From: an uncultured Candidatus Rokubacteria bacterium
GTDB lineage: Bacteria > Methylomirabilota > Methylomirabilia > Rokubacteriales > CSP1-6
DNA length: 64,000 nucleotides
Direction: 5' to 3'
NCBI GenBank assembly: GCA_963754315.1
Contig: CAVWFS010000005.1
Span: forward strand, 32,001-96,000
Part shown: positions 12,690-23,986 of the stretch, piece by piece
Layout of the letters: every line of letters starts with the position of its first letter
How positions within the stretch are numbered: position 1 is the first letter of the stretch
Notes under the pieces: model-generated
Told to the model about the DNA's origin: nothing
The model's database searches: none
What the model saw: only the letters and a program-made list of their open reading frames with translations
Position numbers and translations under genes: made by a program

Positions 12690-12769
12690 ACGCCGCCAGT
12701 CTGCCTTTGACCCTGCTGGCAACACTCCTCTATCATTGCCGTGAATCCCGGCGCCGTCACCGGCCGTTG

Positions 12770-13177
12770 CGAGCCGAGGCGACGTCTGGGAATCGATGCG
12801 AACATCATTCCGATCAGTTCCGACCGGATCCATCTGGCCCCCTCGTCCTGGTGCACCTTCCAGGCCACGGGGTTCGTGGTGATCACCTTCGTGCCGCAGA
12901 TGGCGGTGGCCGACCTGAACGCCGAGGAACTGCCGTCGTACCATCGCAACGTCGATAACGACGAGAGTGTGTTCGTGCACCACGACGAGTCCGGCAGCCG
13001 CAAGCCCGGATGCTGTCGCACACGCCGCACGGGATCTTGCACGGCGCCGACGAGGCGGCGCGCGCGGCCTTCCAGAAGCGACGCACGCCGGGGATGCGGC
13101 GAACCTTGTGCGGGGTGAGCGTGGACACCGATCGGTCGCTGGTGGCGTCGCCCGTGTACGAGCGACTGACGCTCTAG
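12770..13177 (+). pseudogene. 5'-truncated homogentisate 1,2-dioxygenase-like cupin gene
   Basis: PISSDRIHLAPSS..TF...FVV.TFVP...PSYHRNVDNDESVFVH, then (frameshift) SHTPHGILHG...VSVDTDRSL...L*; no N-terminal half upstream. Confidence 0.7.
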
Positions 13178-13347
13178 CGAGGCTCCAGTCTGCTCGACGG
13201 GTGAATCTGGACCTGCATCGCTCCGTCCTATGGATGTAGCTTCCTCATCACCTCCAACCCCCAGGGGGCGGTCCAGCCCCCCGCCCTCTGGGGCCCCCCT
13301 CTGCATCATACCGACAGCGTGGCCGCGAAATGACTCGGTGTGTCAGA
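13028..13347 (+). repeat. ~320 bp dispersed repeat, copy 2
   Basis: Direct alignment with 4398..4716 (offset 8630). Confidence 0.95.
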
Positions 13348-13639
13348 CGTGTGGCTTGTTACAGTGAATATCAATATATCCAGGCTCTTGCACGCGATCA
13401 TCTGAGGCTGGATCGAGGAAGTTGGCGCATCTACTCGACACTTGAGGCGCAGGCCATTGGCCTCCCGCTTCATCAGGCGGGAATCTCCCCCAAAGACACG
13501 TTGGAAGACGCCTTTGCCGCATTGAAGAAGGCGGAGCCGACCAAAGAGGCGGGCTGGCGCTCGCGGATCACGGGAGTGCCTGGAAGGTCAGGCCGATGAC
13601 CAGGATCTGCACCGAACGGGCGTGCGTCTCGGGCCTGGG

Positions 13640-14314
13640 CTAGCGCGCCGGCAGCGTGAATGGCGCGCCGCCCCACCGTTCGCGCACCGCGAACTCGGGC
13701 ACGGGCTTGCGCTTGAGCCGGGTGAGCGATTGCACGGGGCGTCCGAGCGGCATGATCGCGGCCACCGCCACATGAGTGGGAATGCCGAGCAGCTTCTGGA
13801 TCTCCGGCTCCTGGGCGACGGCGAGGGTGGTGATGGTGCCGCCGAAGCCTTCCTGGCGCGCCGCCATGAGAATGTTCCAGGCGAAGGGGTAGATCGACGC
13901 TCCGCTGATGACGCCGACGCGCCGCAGCTCCTGATCGGTGGACGCGACCACCTTCAGGTCGACGCAGACGACCAGGACCACCGGCGCCTTCAGATGAGAC
14001 TCGGTCAAGCGCTTGGGCGCGGGAGTTTTCGCGATGGTGGCGGCGTCGACCCCGGTCGGGTCGATCGTGTTCCACGGGCTCTCCCCGGCCGCCTGCTGGG
14101 CGGCGTAGCGCTTGGCGGCGGGCTCGTTCAGGGCGGACAGACGCTCCTTGGCTGCACGATCGCGGACGATGATGACACGCCAGCCCTGGCGGTTGCCGCC
14201 GCTCGGCGCGAAACGGGCGTGGTCGAGGATCTTGAAGATCACGTCATCCGGTAGCGGATCGTCTGTGAAATCACGGGCGGAAAAGGTCGTACGCATAGCG
14301 TCGTAGAGATCCAT
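13640..14314 (-). CDS. nitroreductase family protein
   Basis: AMRTTFSARDF, ARFAPSGGNRQGW, GASIYP..WNILMAAR.EG.G. Confidence 0.92.
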   Translation of the reverse strand: MDLYDAMRTTFSARDFTDDPLPDDVIFKILDHARFAPSGGNRQGWRVIIVRDRAAKERLSALNEPAAKRYAAQQAAGESPWNTIDPTGVDAATIAKTPAPKRLTESHLKAPVVLVVCVDLKVVASTDQELRRVGVISGASIYPFAWNILMAARQEGFGGTITTLAVAQEPEIQKLLGIPTHVAVAAIMPLGRPVQSLTRLKRKPVPEFAVRERWGGAPFTLPAR

Positions 14315-14464
14315 CAGCGTCCTCCGAACAGATGTCAGCGCGGCCGATTCCGGCCGCCGGTCACCGTGAGAGTATTCCTTCCCCGGTGCTGGCGTAAAGG
14401 CCGCCTATCGAACCCGGGGGGACCGCCAGGAGTAGAATGGCAAGGACAACATGAGGAGGTCGCG

Positions 14465-14983
14465 ATGAAAAATAAGGGGTGGTCTCACGTGTCCCTATCG
14501 ACCCTTGACATGGACAAGACGCGGGCGTTCTACGAGGGGGTTCTCGGGTTCCCCGCCGTGCGCTGTGACATCATCAAGGTCAAAGAAGGGGGCCAGATCC
14601 GGCACGCCTTCTTCGACACCGGGGAGGGCCAGCTCCTCGCGTTCATGGAGCCCCACGATATTCCGGGTGTGGCCACCGCGTACGACGCGGGGATCAACGG
14701 CGCTCTCGGCGTGCCGGAAGGTGTCTACCACTTTGCCTTCGAGGCCGGCACTCCCGAGGGGCTCGCGACGAAACGCGCCGAGTTGATCGCCAAGGGCGTG
14801 AAGGTGACGCCCGTCGTCGACCACGACTGGGCCCGCTCGATCTACTTCAAGGATCCGAACGGGCTTCTCCTGGAGTACTGCTGCTACACGCGCCAGCTCA
14901 ACGAGGACGACGCGCGAATGCTGCCCCGCTTCGAGATGAGCGTGCGGGGCGAATCGCGCCTGACCGACTTCCGCGATCACTAG
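14465..14983 (+). CDS. VOC/glyoxalase family protein
   Basis: SHVSL..DMDKTRAFYEGVLG, HFAF, SIYFKDPNGLLLE; RBS GAGGAGG upstream. Confidence 0.9.
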   Translation: MKNKGWSHVSLSTLDMDKTRAFYEGVLGFPAVRCDIIKVKEGGQIRHAFFDTGEGQLLAFMEPHDIPGVATAYDAGINGALGVPEGVYHFAFEAGTPEGLATKRAELIAKGVKVTPVVDHDWARSIYFKDPNGLLLEYCCYTRQLNEDDARMLPRFEMSVRGESRLTDFRDH

Positions 14984-15063
14984 TCGCTAGGGCGCAATCG
15001 TCCTGCGTGTCGGAGGTGGAGTCCGGCAGCCTCTGGGCGAGCCTATCGACCTGGCCCTCACCC

Positions 15064-15393
15064 TCATGGCCCCGGCTCGTTGATGCGCTCGCGGCGGGCG
15101 GCGACGAAGTTATAGACGGTGGCGAGAAAGTACCCGGCGAGAAATCCGCAGACGAAGCCATAGGCGAACCCCACGAAGCTGCCCAGAAACGTCACCCGGT
15201 ATCCGATGAAGAACTGGCCCAGCAAGCTGAGGTGGGGGCCGACGACCGCACCGCCCTTGAGGACGAGCCAGTTCGTGGCGATGAAGATGGCCAGCCCGAG
15301 CAGCAAGCCTACGGCCACCCCCTGGATGGTCGCATTGAGACGAAGGAGACGGGTGAGGACGATCTCCTCGAGTTTCCCCTCAGGAGCGTCCAT
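15064..15393 (-). CDS. small 2-TM membrane protein, paralogous to the C-terminal domain of the adjacent oxidoreductase
   Basis: LKGGAVVGPHLSLLGQFFIGYRVTFLGSFVGFAYGF motif. Confidence 0.8.
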   Translation of the reverse strand: MDAPEGKLEEIVLTRLLRLNATIQGVAVGLLLGLAIFIATNWLVLKGGAVVGPHLSLLGQFFIGYRVTFLGSFVGFAYGFVCGFLAGYFLATVYNFVAARRERINEPGP

Positions 15394-15435
15394 GCGGCCG
15401 TCCCTCCGTGCCGACGAACCGAGTCCCCATGCCCC

Positions 15436-17223
15436 TTACAGGTACTCCAGTAAGTTCCGCGTGAGCAATCGCTCGGCCCGGCGCCGGGTGAGAACCATGT
15501 AGAGAACCACGACCGCGTTGCGGAGGAACGCCAAGGTCCAGCCTCCCAGAAATCCCGCCACGAACCCGTAGAGCAAGCCCACGAAGGCGCCGCCGACGGT
15601 CACACTGTAGCCGGGGAAATATTGGGCAAGAAGAACGAGATTAGGACCGACGACGTCGCCACCCTTCATGACCAGGATCAGCGAGGCCAGACACAGGATC
15701 AGCCCGGCCGTCAGCCCGAGACTGACTCCAAGAGCGAGGCGGTCGAGCTTGGGGAAGGCGCGGGCCAGCGTCTCCCCGAGCTGCGGGATCTCCTCCCGAT
15801 GCAGGGCCTCCTCTTGGTACTCCTGGTCCGTATTAACACGCCAGAGATCGTGGCGCTCGCCTCGCACGCTGTTCCGCACGGCGAGCATCCCGGTGAGCAT
15901 GGCGTGATCCTGGTTGTTATAGCGATGGAGCCCGTTGCGGCCGATGGTCTGGAAGTTCTCGAGCTGGTCGACGAACTCCCGGATGACCGCCAGATGCTCG
16001 CGGTAGCTCGAATCGTAGACAGGATACGCCTGGGGAACGCGGACGACGCACCCGTCCTCGAGGTCGGCGTAATGAGCGAGCCCGATCCGCTCGACCTCCC
16101 GCTTGCCCAGCTCGACGAGATCGGCATCGGACGAGGTCCAAAGCTCGTCGCCTTTCGAGCAGAAATACTCCAGACCCAGGCTGGACTTGCTCGGCACCGG
16201 CACCATGTCCGGACTCCAGCTTCGAAAGTTCTGGATGCGACCCACCCGGACCTCGGGCGAGTGGATATAGATCCAGTTATCCGGAAAGGTATCCGGCTTG
16301 TTGACGATCAGGCACACGGTCAGAAAGTCGCGGTACGTGAGATGAGCGGCGGCCTCCACGACGGCCGGCGGGGCCGGCGGCTCCAGCCGATTGATGAACT
16401 CCGTGACCGGCATGCTGGAGATGAAGTCACTGGCCCTGATGGTGGTCCGGCCACCCTCGGCCGCCACGACGACGCTGTCGATGCGCGATCCTTGGCGATT
16501 GATGCGGACGACCTCACTCCCGGCCAGCACCATCCCCTGGCGCCGCTCGATCTCCGCTTTCACGGCGTTCCACATCATCCCCGGCCCCAGCCGCGGATAG
16601 TGAAACTCTTCGATCAGGCTCTTGATCGTCCGCTTGGGCTTGACGAACATGCCGAGGATGGCCGTGCGGAGCGACAGACCTCTGATGCGCTGGGCCGCCC
16701 ACTCCGCCTTCAGGCTCGAGCAGGGAATACCCCACACCTTCTCCGTGTATGTCTTGAAGAAAATGCGGAACAAGTGCCGCCCAAACCGGTTGGTCACCCA
16801 CTGCTCGAACGTGTCCTCCGGGCGGTAGGGAAAGAGCTGCCAGCGCAGGTAGCTCAGGACGACGAGGAGGCTCTGGAAGAGACCCAATCCCGCGAGGGCG
16901 TTGAGGGGGCGCAGAGGATAGTGAAAGAACCTTCCCTTGTAGTAGATCCGTGAGAGGCGGGGCCGACGGAGGAAGTCGTTCTGGAGGACCTCGTGCCACA
17001 TCTTGTCGACTTCCGAGACCTTGGTGAAGAATCGGTGGCCACCCATGTCGAAGTGAAAGCCTCTGTAGTTGACGGTGCGGGCCAGGCCGCCTACGGTATC
17101 CAGCTTCTCGACAACGATGGGCGGGAAGCCGAGCTTGGTCAGCTCGTAGGCCGCGGTCAACCCCGCCGGGCCCCCACCGATGATCAGGAACCGGCGGTCG
17201 AGGCCGCGTTCGACGACGCTCAC
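15436..17223 (-). CDS. FAD-dependent oxidoreductase (UDP-galactopyranose mutase / protoporphyrinogen oxidase-like) with C-terminal membrane domain
   Basis: IIGGGPAGLTAA, FDMGGHRFFTK, EWAAQRI, YPRLGPGMMW, GRNGLHRYNNQDHAM; GTG start overlaps the GT2 stop. Confidence 0.88.
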   Translation of the reverse strand: MSVVERGLDRRFLIIGGGPAGLTAAYELTKLGFPPIVVEKLDTVGGLARTVNYRGFHFDMGGHRFFTKVSEVDKMWHEVLQNDFLRRPRLSRIYYKGRFFHYPLRPLNALAGLGLFQSLLVVLSYLRWQLFPYRPEDTFEQWVTNRFGRHLFRIFFKTYTEKVWGIPCSSLKAEWAAQRIRGLSLRTAILGMFVKPKRTIKSLIEEFHYPRLGPGMMWNAVKAEIERRQGMVLAGSEVVRINRQGSRIDSVVVAAEGGRTTIRASDFISSMPVTEFINRLEPPAPPAVVEAAAHLTYRDFLTVCLIVNKPDTFPDNWIYIHSPEVRVGRIQNFRSWSPDMVPVPSKSSLGLEYFCSKGDELWTSSDADLVELGKREVERIGLAHYADLEDGCVVRVPQAYPVYDSSYREHLAVIREFVDQLENFQTIGRNGLHRYNNQDHAMLTGMLAVRNSVRGERHDLWRVNTDQEYQEEALHREEIPQLGETLARAFPKLDRLALGVSLGLTAGLILCLASLILVMKGGDVVGPNLVLLAQYFPGYSVTVGGAFVGLLYGFVAGFLGGWTLAFLRNAVVVLYMVLTRRRAERLLTRNLLEYL

Positions 17224-18245
17224 GACGTCCTCTGCTCGGGCCGAGGGGTCAGCACGGGGCTCCGGGCTTGGCGCCCCCACCGGAAGGTCACCCAGACGTA
17301 CAGGTAGCTTAGCCCGCTGTAGACATAGTAGAGGAGGTGAAGCAGGATACACGCCGCCGTGAAGCGCAGGCCGTGCTGTCGCCAGAAAAAGGCATAGAGC
17401 GCGCGGTTCAGCACGAGGACGCCAACCAAGGCGCCGGCGGCCAGACCGAGGAACCACGCCCAGAACCAAGCGAGTACGAAGAAGCTGCCGGCCAGGGCAA
17501 CCAGAATCGCGCTGAGGCGCTGTCCCCAGGCCAGATTGAGATCGTCTCGCATCGCCCGGCGCTCGAGAACGAGGCGGGCCCACGGAATCGCGCGGCGGGT
17601 GACATCAGTGCGGACGAGAGAGGCCAAGGTCCAGCGCTTCAGGTGCGTTCCCTGGATTTCGCGGTCGAGGCGGATGCGATGACCGGCGGCGTGGAGTCGG
17701 TAGCCGAGCTCGATATCCTCGATCGAGGACTGCGGGAAGCGCGCAACGTCGAAGCCGCCGCTGGCCTCAAACACCGTCCGGCGGATCGCGCCGCAACCGG
17801 CCCAGAACGTGGAAGCGTTCGCGTTGCCGTGCTGGTGGACAAAATGATGGAGAAGGTTCCGATACCGGGATATCACTCCGGGATGGCGCGGGCGCGCGTC
17901 GTAGGAGCCAAAGACCGCGGCCAGCTCCGGATCCTCGGTGAAGGCTGCCCGGACGCGATCGACCACGTCGGGGGCCACGACCACGTCCGCATCGACGAAG
18001 AGGACGATATCGCCGCCCGCGGCCAGGGCGCCGTCGTTGCGGGCAGCACCGGGGCCCCCGTTCTGGGATCGACGAAGAACGCGGATCCCATGGGCGACGG
18101 CGCGGGAGGCGGTGTCGTCAGTGGACGCATCGTCGACGACCAAGATTTCGGCGTCGACGGGGGCGGCCCGCTCGAGGGCGGAGAGGCAGAGGAGGAGGTC
18201 GTCGGCGTTGTTGTGGGCGGGCACGACGATGGAGATTCGCAGCAC
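17220..18245 (-). CDS. family 2 glycosyltransferase
   Basis: ISIVVPAHN, VVDDASTD, GPGAARN, FVDAD, EDIELGYRL; C-terminal TM helices. Confidence 0.93.
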   Translation of the reverse strand: MLRISIVVPAHNNADDLLLCLSALERAAPVDAEILVVDDASTDDTASRAVAHGIRVLRRSQNGGPGAARNDGALAAGGDIVLFVDADVVVAPDVVDRVRAAFTEDPELAAVFGSYDARPRHPGVISRYRNLLHHFVHQHGNANASTFWAGCGAIRRTVFEASGGFDVARFPQSSIEDIELGYRLHAAGHRIRLDREIQGTHLKRWTLASLVRTDVTRRAIPWARLVLERRAMRDDLNLAWGQRLSAILVALAGSFFVLAWFWAWFLGLAAGALVGVLVLNRALYAFFWRQHGLRFTAACILLHLLYYVYSGLSYLYVWVTFRWGRQARSPVLTPRPEQRTS

Positions 18246-18315
18246 CTATCCCAACCCCATAGGATGAGTCTACCCGACCCGACGCGGAAGCCTGTTCAAC
18301 CGTCTTCATGCATCG

Positions 18316-21100
18316 TCACCGCAGAACAAGGTTGATGAGCAGCCACTCGGCCACCGGGTCGTACCACTCCGAGGCGGGATCCAGCCGGTCGACGAGGCGG
18401 AGCAGGGCGACAATGATCTCCCCCTGGCCATGCCGAATTCGCACCAGCACCGGCTCCTTCTCATTGTTCCCCCACATGACCGGTTCGAGGTCAGGCGCTC
18501 GACTGGAAACGAACCCGTCGGCGACCGTGCCGGGCAGTCCATTCCAGCGCGTGAAGAACTGGAGGGGAATGCCGGACAGTATGTCCTGCCCGGCCGAGCC
18601 GTAGGCGAACACGCGTGACGTGGGTAACCCGGGACGGATCGTGAAATCCACCAGGCTCGGCCACGACCAGTGGCGGGGATCGAGGACCACCAAGCGAGCC
18701 CCGCGCGCCACCGCGTCCAGCAACGCCTTCGTCGCCCCGTCATCATTCGACTCCGAAACGACACGGCTGCCGACGACAATCCGAGATGCCGCCAGCAAGG
18801 TCGGAGACACCCAGGTCCCGACGTGCGATTCCCATCCGGTCAAACCAGCGCTCCAGCGCTCGATCAGCACCCACGAGCACGACGTCCGTCGGTCCGCGCC
18901 TCGGCGGCATCTGCGGAGGAGCAACCGCGTGCACGGCCCGCTGGCTCACCACCGCCCGGTGGCCGGGCCGGCGCAAGACGGCCGCCAGGATGGTACGTGC
19001 CTGGCCGGGCGGGCACGGGCCATTCGACGGCGATGGTGCGACGGAATTGCGCAGGCAGGGTCCGGCGGATCCGGCGCCGAAAGACCGCTTGGGCGAGCGC
19101 GGCCCTCCTCGGGTACGAAGAGGGGATGCTCGGCGGTGATATACACATCGACGGTCACCGGCGCCGCCGCATCCGTCTCGTTCATGAACACCAGGTCGGT
19201 GCGAACGCGTCGCCCGGCGACGAAAATTGCGATCGAACAGCTCCCAACTCGCCAGCACTGGCGCCATGGCGCTGTGCAGGGCCGCCGCCATCGGGGTGGC
19301 GAACTCCGGGCGCCAGTTGTTACCGCGAAATCGAGTCCATCCCGCGTACATGTAGGGGAGAATCACGTCGAATCCGAGCCGCCGCATGACCTCGGTGTCT
19401 TCGGCCGCCACCTCCGCGAATTCGAGCGCGGCCCCGGGATGATCGGGGCGACCAAGGCGACGGGTGACGATCTCCGCGCGCGGGCCGAGATAGTTCATGT
19501 ACTCGGTACTGCCGAGGGCGCGCCGTGGATCTGTTGGCGGCCGCCCGCCGCGCCATCAGGGCCAGCTCGCCGTCGTGCGCGTTGGTGTAGTTCAGGGTGG
19601 GATGAATGGTGACGAGATCATCGGTCCCAAGGTCGTCGCCCGTGCGCACGATCAGCCGCGTGGGATCGAGCGTGCGCACGAGTTGCTGGTAGGGCCCGAT
19701 CTCCCAGTCGGTGTCGCCCCGCGGCTCGTTGCTGATCACCCAGGCGACGATCGAGGGGTGGTTCCAGAGCTTCGTGATCCAGCCCGTGGCGTCGGCGAGC
19801 ACGTTGCGGTGAAACTGCTGCCGTTGTTCGGGCGTGAACTCGAAATCCAGATAGTTGTGGGTCACGGGAAATTCGGCGAGCAGCATCATCCCATGCGCGT
19901 CGGCGACGTTGGCCCAGTGGGTCGGCGGTGGCAGGGTGTGGGTGCGAAAGCTGTTGAGGTTCATCTGGCGCGCCTCGTCGACGATGTAGCGCTTGGCGTC
20001 ACGAAACTCGCCCCCCCAGGACCATTCGTAAACGAGATTCGACCCCCGCAGCCAGAGGGGTCTCTTGTTCATCAAGACATGCCCGCGCTCCACCCCGAGG
20101 GCGCGCATGCCGAAATGAAGACGCGCACGATCCAGCGTCTGCCCGCCCGCCGTCGCCTCAATCTCGGCGAGATACAGGTTGGGCGCCTGCGGGCTCCACC
20201 GCCTCAGCCCGCGCATGGGCACGGCGATCTCGATGGGCCCGGCGGTTCCCCCGATGTCGATCTCGCCCACGCCGGCCGGGGGCGCCGCGCGGTGGCCGTT
20301 CTCTCGCGGTCTTCGGCCAGACACGGACCCGCGCGCGGGCACCAGGTGGCCGATCACCAACGCCGTCGATGACCACGCGAAACCGCGCGCGCCCGCCTTC
20401 CGGATCGGGCACGGCGAGGATCCACTTGAAATAAACGCCGTCGTAGAACTCGATCCAGATGTCGTCGAAGATGGCGCGGCGCCCGCTGACCCCAGAATAG
20501 GTCCGCGCCCACGGGAATGGTCGGCACCCCCGCCTTGGACTTCTCCAGGGCCGCCCACCCCGGAATCTTGAGCAGGATCTCGTTGGCGCCGGCCCTGAGC
20601 AGTCCACGTGGGAGCACGATGGCGTGAGGTCCAATGGGCGCGTGGTTCCCAATCTCCTGCCCGTTGACGTACGCGGTGGCACCATAGCGGATACCACCCC
20701 ATCGCAAGACAGCGTCCCGGGCGCCCCGGGTGGTGTCGAGCTCGAAGCGCCGCCGCAACCAAACGTTGCGCAACATCTCGTTTTCGGCCCGACTCTGCCC
20801 AGAAACGATCGGTCCAGGGATCGCCACCGCCTCCCATGGGCCTAGCTGCGCCGCGATCTCGGGCCGCCAGACCTCGGCGGCCGCCTGCTCGCGCAGGCGC
20901 TCCCACACACCGCCGAGTGAAAGCGCGTCGCGTTCGATGTCGAGGACGAGGGCGGGCGGGCGCCCGGGCGCGGGACTCGCCATCACCGCGCCGATGGGAA
21001 GAAGGCCAACCAGGAAGGCCGCCGTGGCCAGGCACACCGTACCGAGCGATCGTCGCTCTCCGTCGACGGTGGCCCGCAATGCTCGCTTGGTCCGACTCAT
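18316..21100 (-). CDS. secreted glycoside hydrolase family 2-like protein, frameshifted
   Basis: Signal peptide; WLRRRF...YVNGQEIG.H; WSPQAPNLY; LRGSN; NSFRTH; NHPSIVAWVISNEP (acid/base NE motif). Confidence 0.82.
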
Positions 21101-21209
21101 TCCCGTCGAGGGGTGATGCTACCACCTGTCCAACGCGGCCGGCGCGCTGGATCGAGGTATACTGCGCAGGGATACAAGGCTCATTCGCCACCTACGGCTC
21201 GCCGACACC

Positions 21210-22622
21210 GTGTTCGTCACCCCGCGGGCGGTGGCCGCCCTCATCGTCCTCGTCCTCATCTATATCGTCGTGGTCCACGCCGTATCGCAGTCCCGGCAAA
21301 TCATTCCCATCGATTTCTACCAGTACTGGGGCGCCGCCGCCGCACGCCGCCTGAGCACCGAGGCGTTAGGAAGTCCCTACCGGGAGGCGCACCGTTATGG
21401 CGCAGTCCTGCTCCAGGCGGCCGAGGCGTCGGGGCAACCCATGTTTCAGCGGGTCAGCCGACATGCCACCCCGCCGAATTTCACGGCGACCCCCTTCGCG
21501 TACACCCTCTTCGCTCTTCTTCCCGCGAACTACACGCAGGCGAGCCTCCTGTACCTTTCGCTCCAGATCGTCTTGTTCATCGCCGCCGTCATTATCGTCG
21601 GGGTGGTCTATGGCTATCCCGCGTTCCCTCTGGTCTGCCTCTCGCTCCTCCTCATGCTGAGCTCCGGTCCCCTCAACTCTGACCTCAGGCTGGGGAATCT
21701 CGGTTGCGTGCAATTCATCATCCTCGCCATCGTGCTGGCCCTGGCCGATCGCCTTCGGGACGCTCGGCCCTCAGGAATCCTGGGTGGCATCGTGCTCAGT
21801 GGCGTGACCCTGCTCGTGCTGACCAAGCCCAATGTGGCATTCGTGCTCGTCTTCATGGTTCTTCACCTCTGGGTCGCTCGGGGGACCCGCTTCCTGGTCA
21901 TGGCTGCGTGGCCGGCCGCGCTCTGTGGCGGCGCGGCGGTGATCCTCTCGTCTCTCTACTTCGGCTCGTGGACGGTGTGGCAGGAATGGTACGACGCCGT
22001 CCTCGGCCTCACGAGGGTGGGTCACCGCCCTGGTACGGGGGGACACCTCACGAGAGGCAACTACTCCACGTCGGTTCTCCTGGGCTCCTGGCTCAACCTC
22101 AGCGCGTGGATGGCCGCCAGCCTCATCGCCGCCGTGCTCGCCATGTCCACGCTGGCGGTGGTCGGCCGTTCCGTCCTGGCCGATGCCAGCACCCGCGCGG
22201 CCGCTGTCCGCCGGGTTCTCGCGCGCGTGCTTGGCGACCCGCGCCTCGCGATGGCGATCGGGGTTACCCTGACCATCGCCCTCCCTCAGCTCGTCTGGTT
22301 CCACTACTACGTCATCGCCCTGATCCCCAGTCTGTGGCTCCTGAACGTGCAGTCCACGAGGCCCTCGCTGAGATGGTGGGGGCTGGCGGCCCTCGTCCTC
22401 AGCGCGGGGCTGCCCACCGGTCTGTTCTTGCTCGTGGGCTGGAACACTCTCGCGCACGTGTGCGCCGCGCTGAGCTGGCTGGCCGTCTGGTCTGGAATTC
22501 TCGTTCGACTCTCGGAGAGCGACGTGACACCGGCGCCCTCCGAGGGCAAGCATCGTCCCGAGCGCCGACCCTCGGCAGGTGACGCTGCGCATCGACAACG
22601 ATCTCGGGCCACACGCCGCTAG
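21210..22622 (+). CDS. GT-C glycosyltransferase (GT87/DUF2029-like)
   Basis: DFYQYWGAA, TPFAYTLF..L, LGN, KPN, W.HYY; multi-TM. Confidence 0.75.
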   Translation: MFVTPRAVAALIVLVLIYIVVVHAVSQSRQIIPIDFYQYWGAAAARRLSTEALGSPYREAHRYGAVLLQAAEASGQPMFQRVSRHATPPNFTATPFAYTLFALLPANYTQASLLYLSLQIVLFIAAVIIVGVVYGYPAFPLVCLSLLLMLSSGPLNSDLRLGNLGCVQFIILAIVLALADRLRDARPSGILGGIVLSGVTLLVLTKPNVAFVLVFMVLHLWVARGTRFLVMAAWPAALCGGAAVILSSLYFGSWTVWQEWYDAVLGLTRVGHRPGTGGHLTRGNYSTSVLLGSWLNLSAWMAASLIAAVLAMSTLAVVGRSVLADASTRAAAVRRVLARVLGDPRLAMAIGVTLTIALPQLVWFHYYVIALIPSLWLLNVQSTRPSLRWWGLAALVLSAGLPTGLFLLVGWNTLAHVCAALSWLAVWSGILVRLSESDVTPAPSEGKHRPERRPSAGDAAHRQRSRATRR

Positions 22623-22691
22623 CCCGCTTCCCTTCCCCGGGTTCTGATTCGCGCGTCGGCGGTGGGGTCGCCCCGTGTTACCGTGCTGGCG

Positions 22692-23986
22692 ATGAACCTT
22701 CTCGTGACGAACTCTCAGTCGGCGCAGGCGTACTCCATCATTCGCGCCCTTCGCCCCTACGCCACCAAGATCGTCGCCACCATGGAGGGCAAGCACCGGT
22801 GGGCCGCCCGGACGGCCCATGCGGCCAACTCTCGCTTGGTGGACCGGCGGTACTACGTGCCGCGAGCCGATCTCGATTGGAAGGCTGGCATCATCCAGAA
22901 GGAGAACACGGCGCGGGAGGAAGCGTACGTCCAGCGGATTCTCGAGGTCTGCCGGCTCGAGCAGATCGATACCATTTTCCCCTCCTACGATCCGCTCGTC
23001 TATGTCTTCGCCAAGAACCAGGATCAGTTCAAGGACGTTCTGATTCCCGTTCCCTCCTTCGAGACGCTGCTCACGCCGCTGGACAAGTTCCGGACGATCG
23101 AGGCCGCGCAGCGAGTCGGATTTCCGTGCCCCAGAACTTACGTGCCCGAGAGCGCGGCGGATGTCGATGCCATCACTCGAGAGCTCGCCCCTCCCTGGGT
23201 GCTCAAACGCCGGTTCACCGCCGGCGGGGAGGGCATGGCGTTCTTCACCGACGTGGCCCAGCTGCGCGAGGCGATCGGCACCGTCCGCGACCCCCACGCC
23301 ATGCCGATGATCCAGGAATACATTCCGGGTCGGGAGCGGCAACACTTCTACCTCGTCGCCGACCGGCCGGTGAAATCAGGTCGCTCTTGTGTCCTCGCAT
23401 TCTCCGCTCTGGCAACCGGCTCTACAACGACACGTCCGGAGCGGTCGAATCGGCTGTCGTCCATCCCTTGGTGCCAGTGGTCAAGAACCTCGTACGCGAC
23501 ATGGGGTGGTGGGGCGGGCTCACCATCGCGACCAAGGTCGACATTCGGGACGGTCTGCCCAAGCTCCTCGAGATCAATCCCCGTCTTGGGCTGCATCTCT
23601 GGTTTCGGACCGAGCTGGGCGCCAATGTGCCGCTCATGTGCCTGCGCATCGCCAGGGGAGAGGAGGTGCCGGAACACCACTACCCGGTGGGAACACTCCT
23701 GCTGGCTCCTTTCGAAGACACCCTCCGCCTCGGGCTCGACATCCTTGACTCGCTGATCTACCGCGCCCGGACCAAGGTTTTCGGGAAGCGGCCCATCGAC
23801 CCGCACAATCCGCCGCGGTCCCTGAAAGATCTCGCCCGCACCTACACGCGCGACTACTTCGGGAACCAGCCCAAGGTCTTCAGCCCGTACTCGAAGTATC
23901 TTCTCGATGATCCGCTGCCGTGCCTCCTCTGGTGGTACGCCTTTGCGGGCTTCAGTCTGCGGAGCCTCAGGACTCTCGGGCAATAG
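22692..23986 (+). CDS. ATP-grasp domain protein (frameshift near 23370)
   Basis: DKFRTIEAAQRVGFPCPRT, PWVLK, MIQEYIPG, LLEINPR. Confidence 0.85.
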
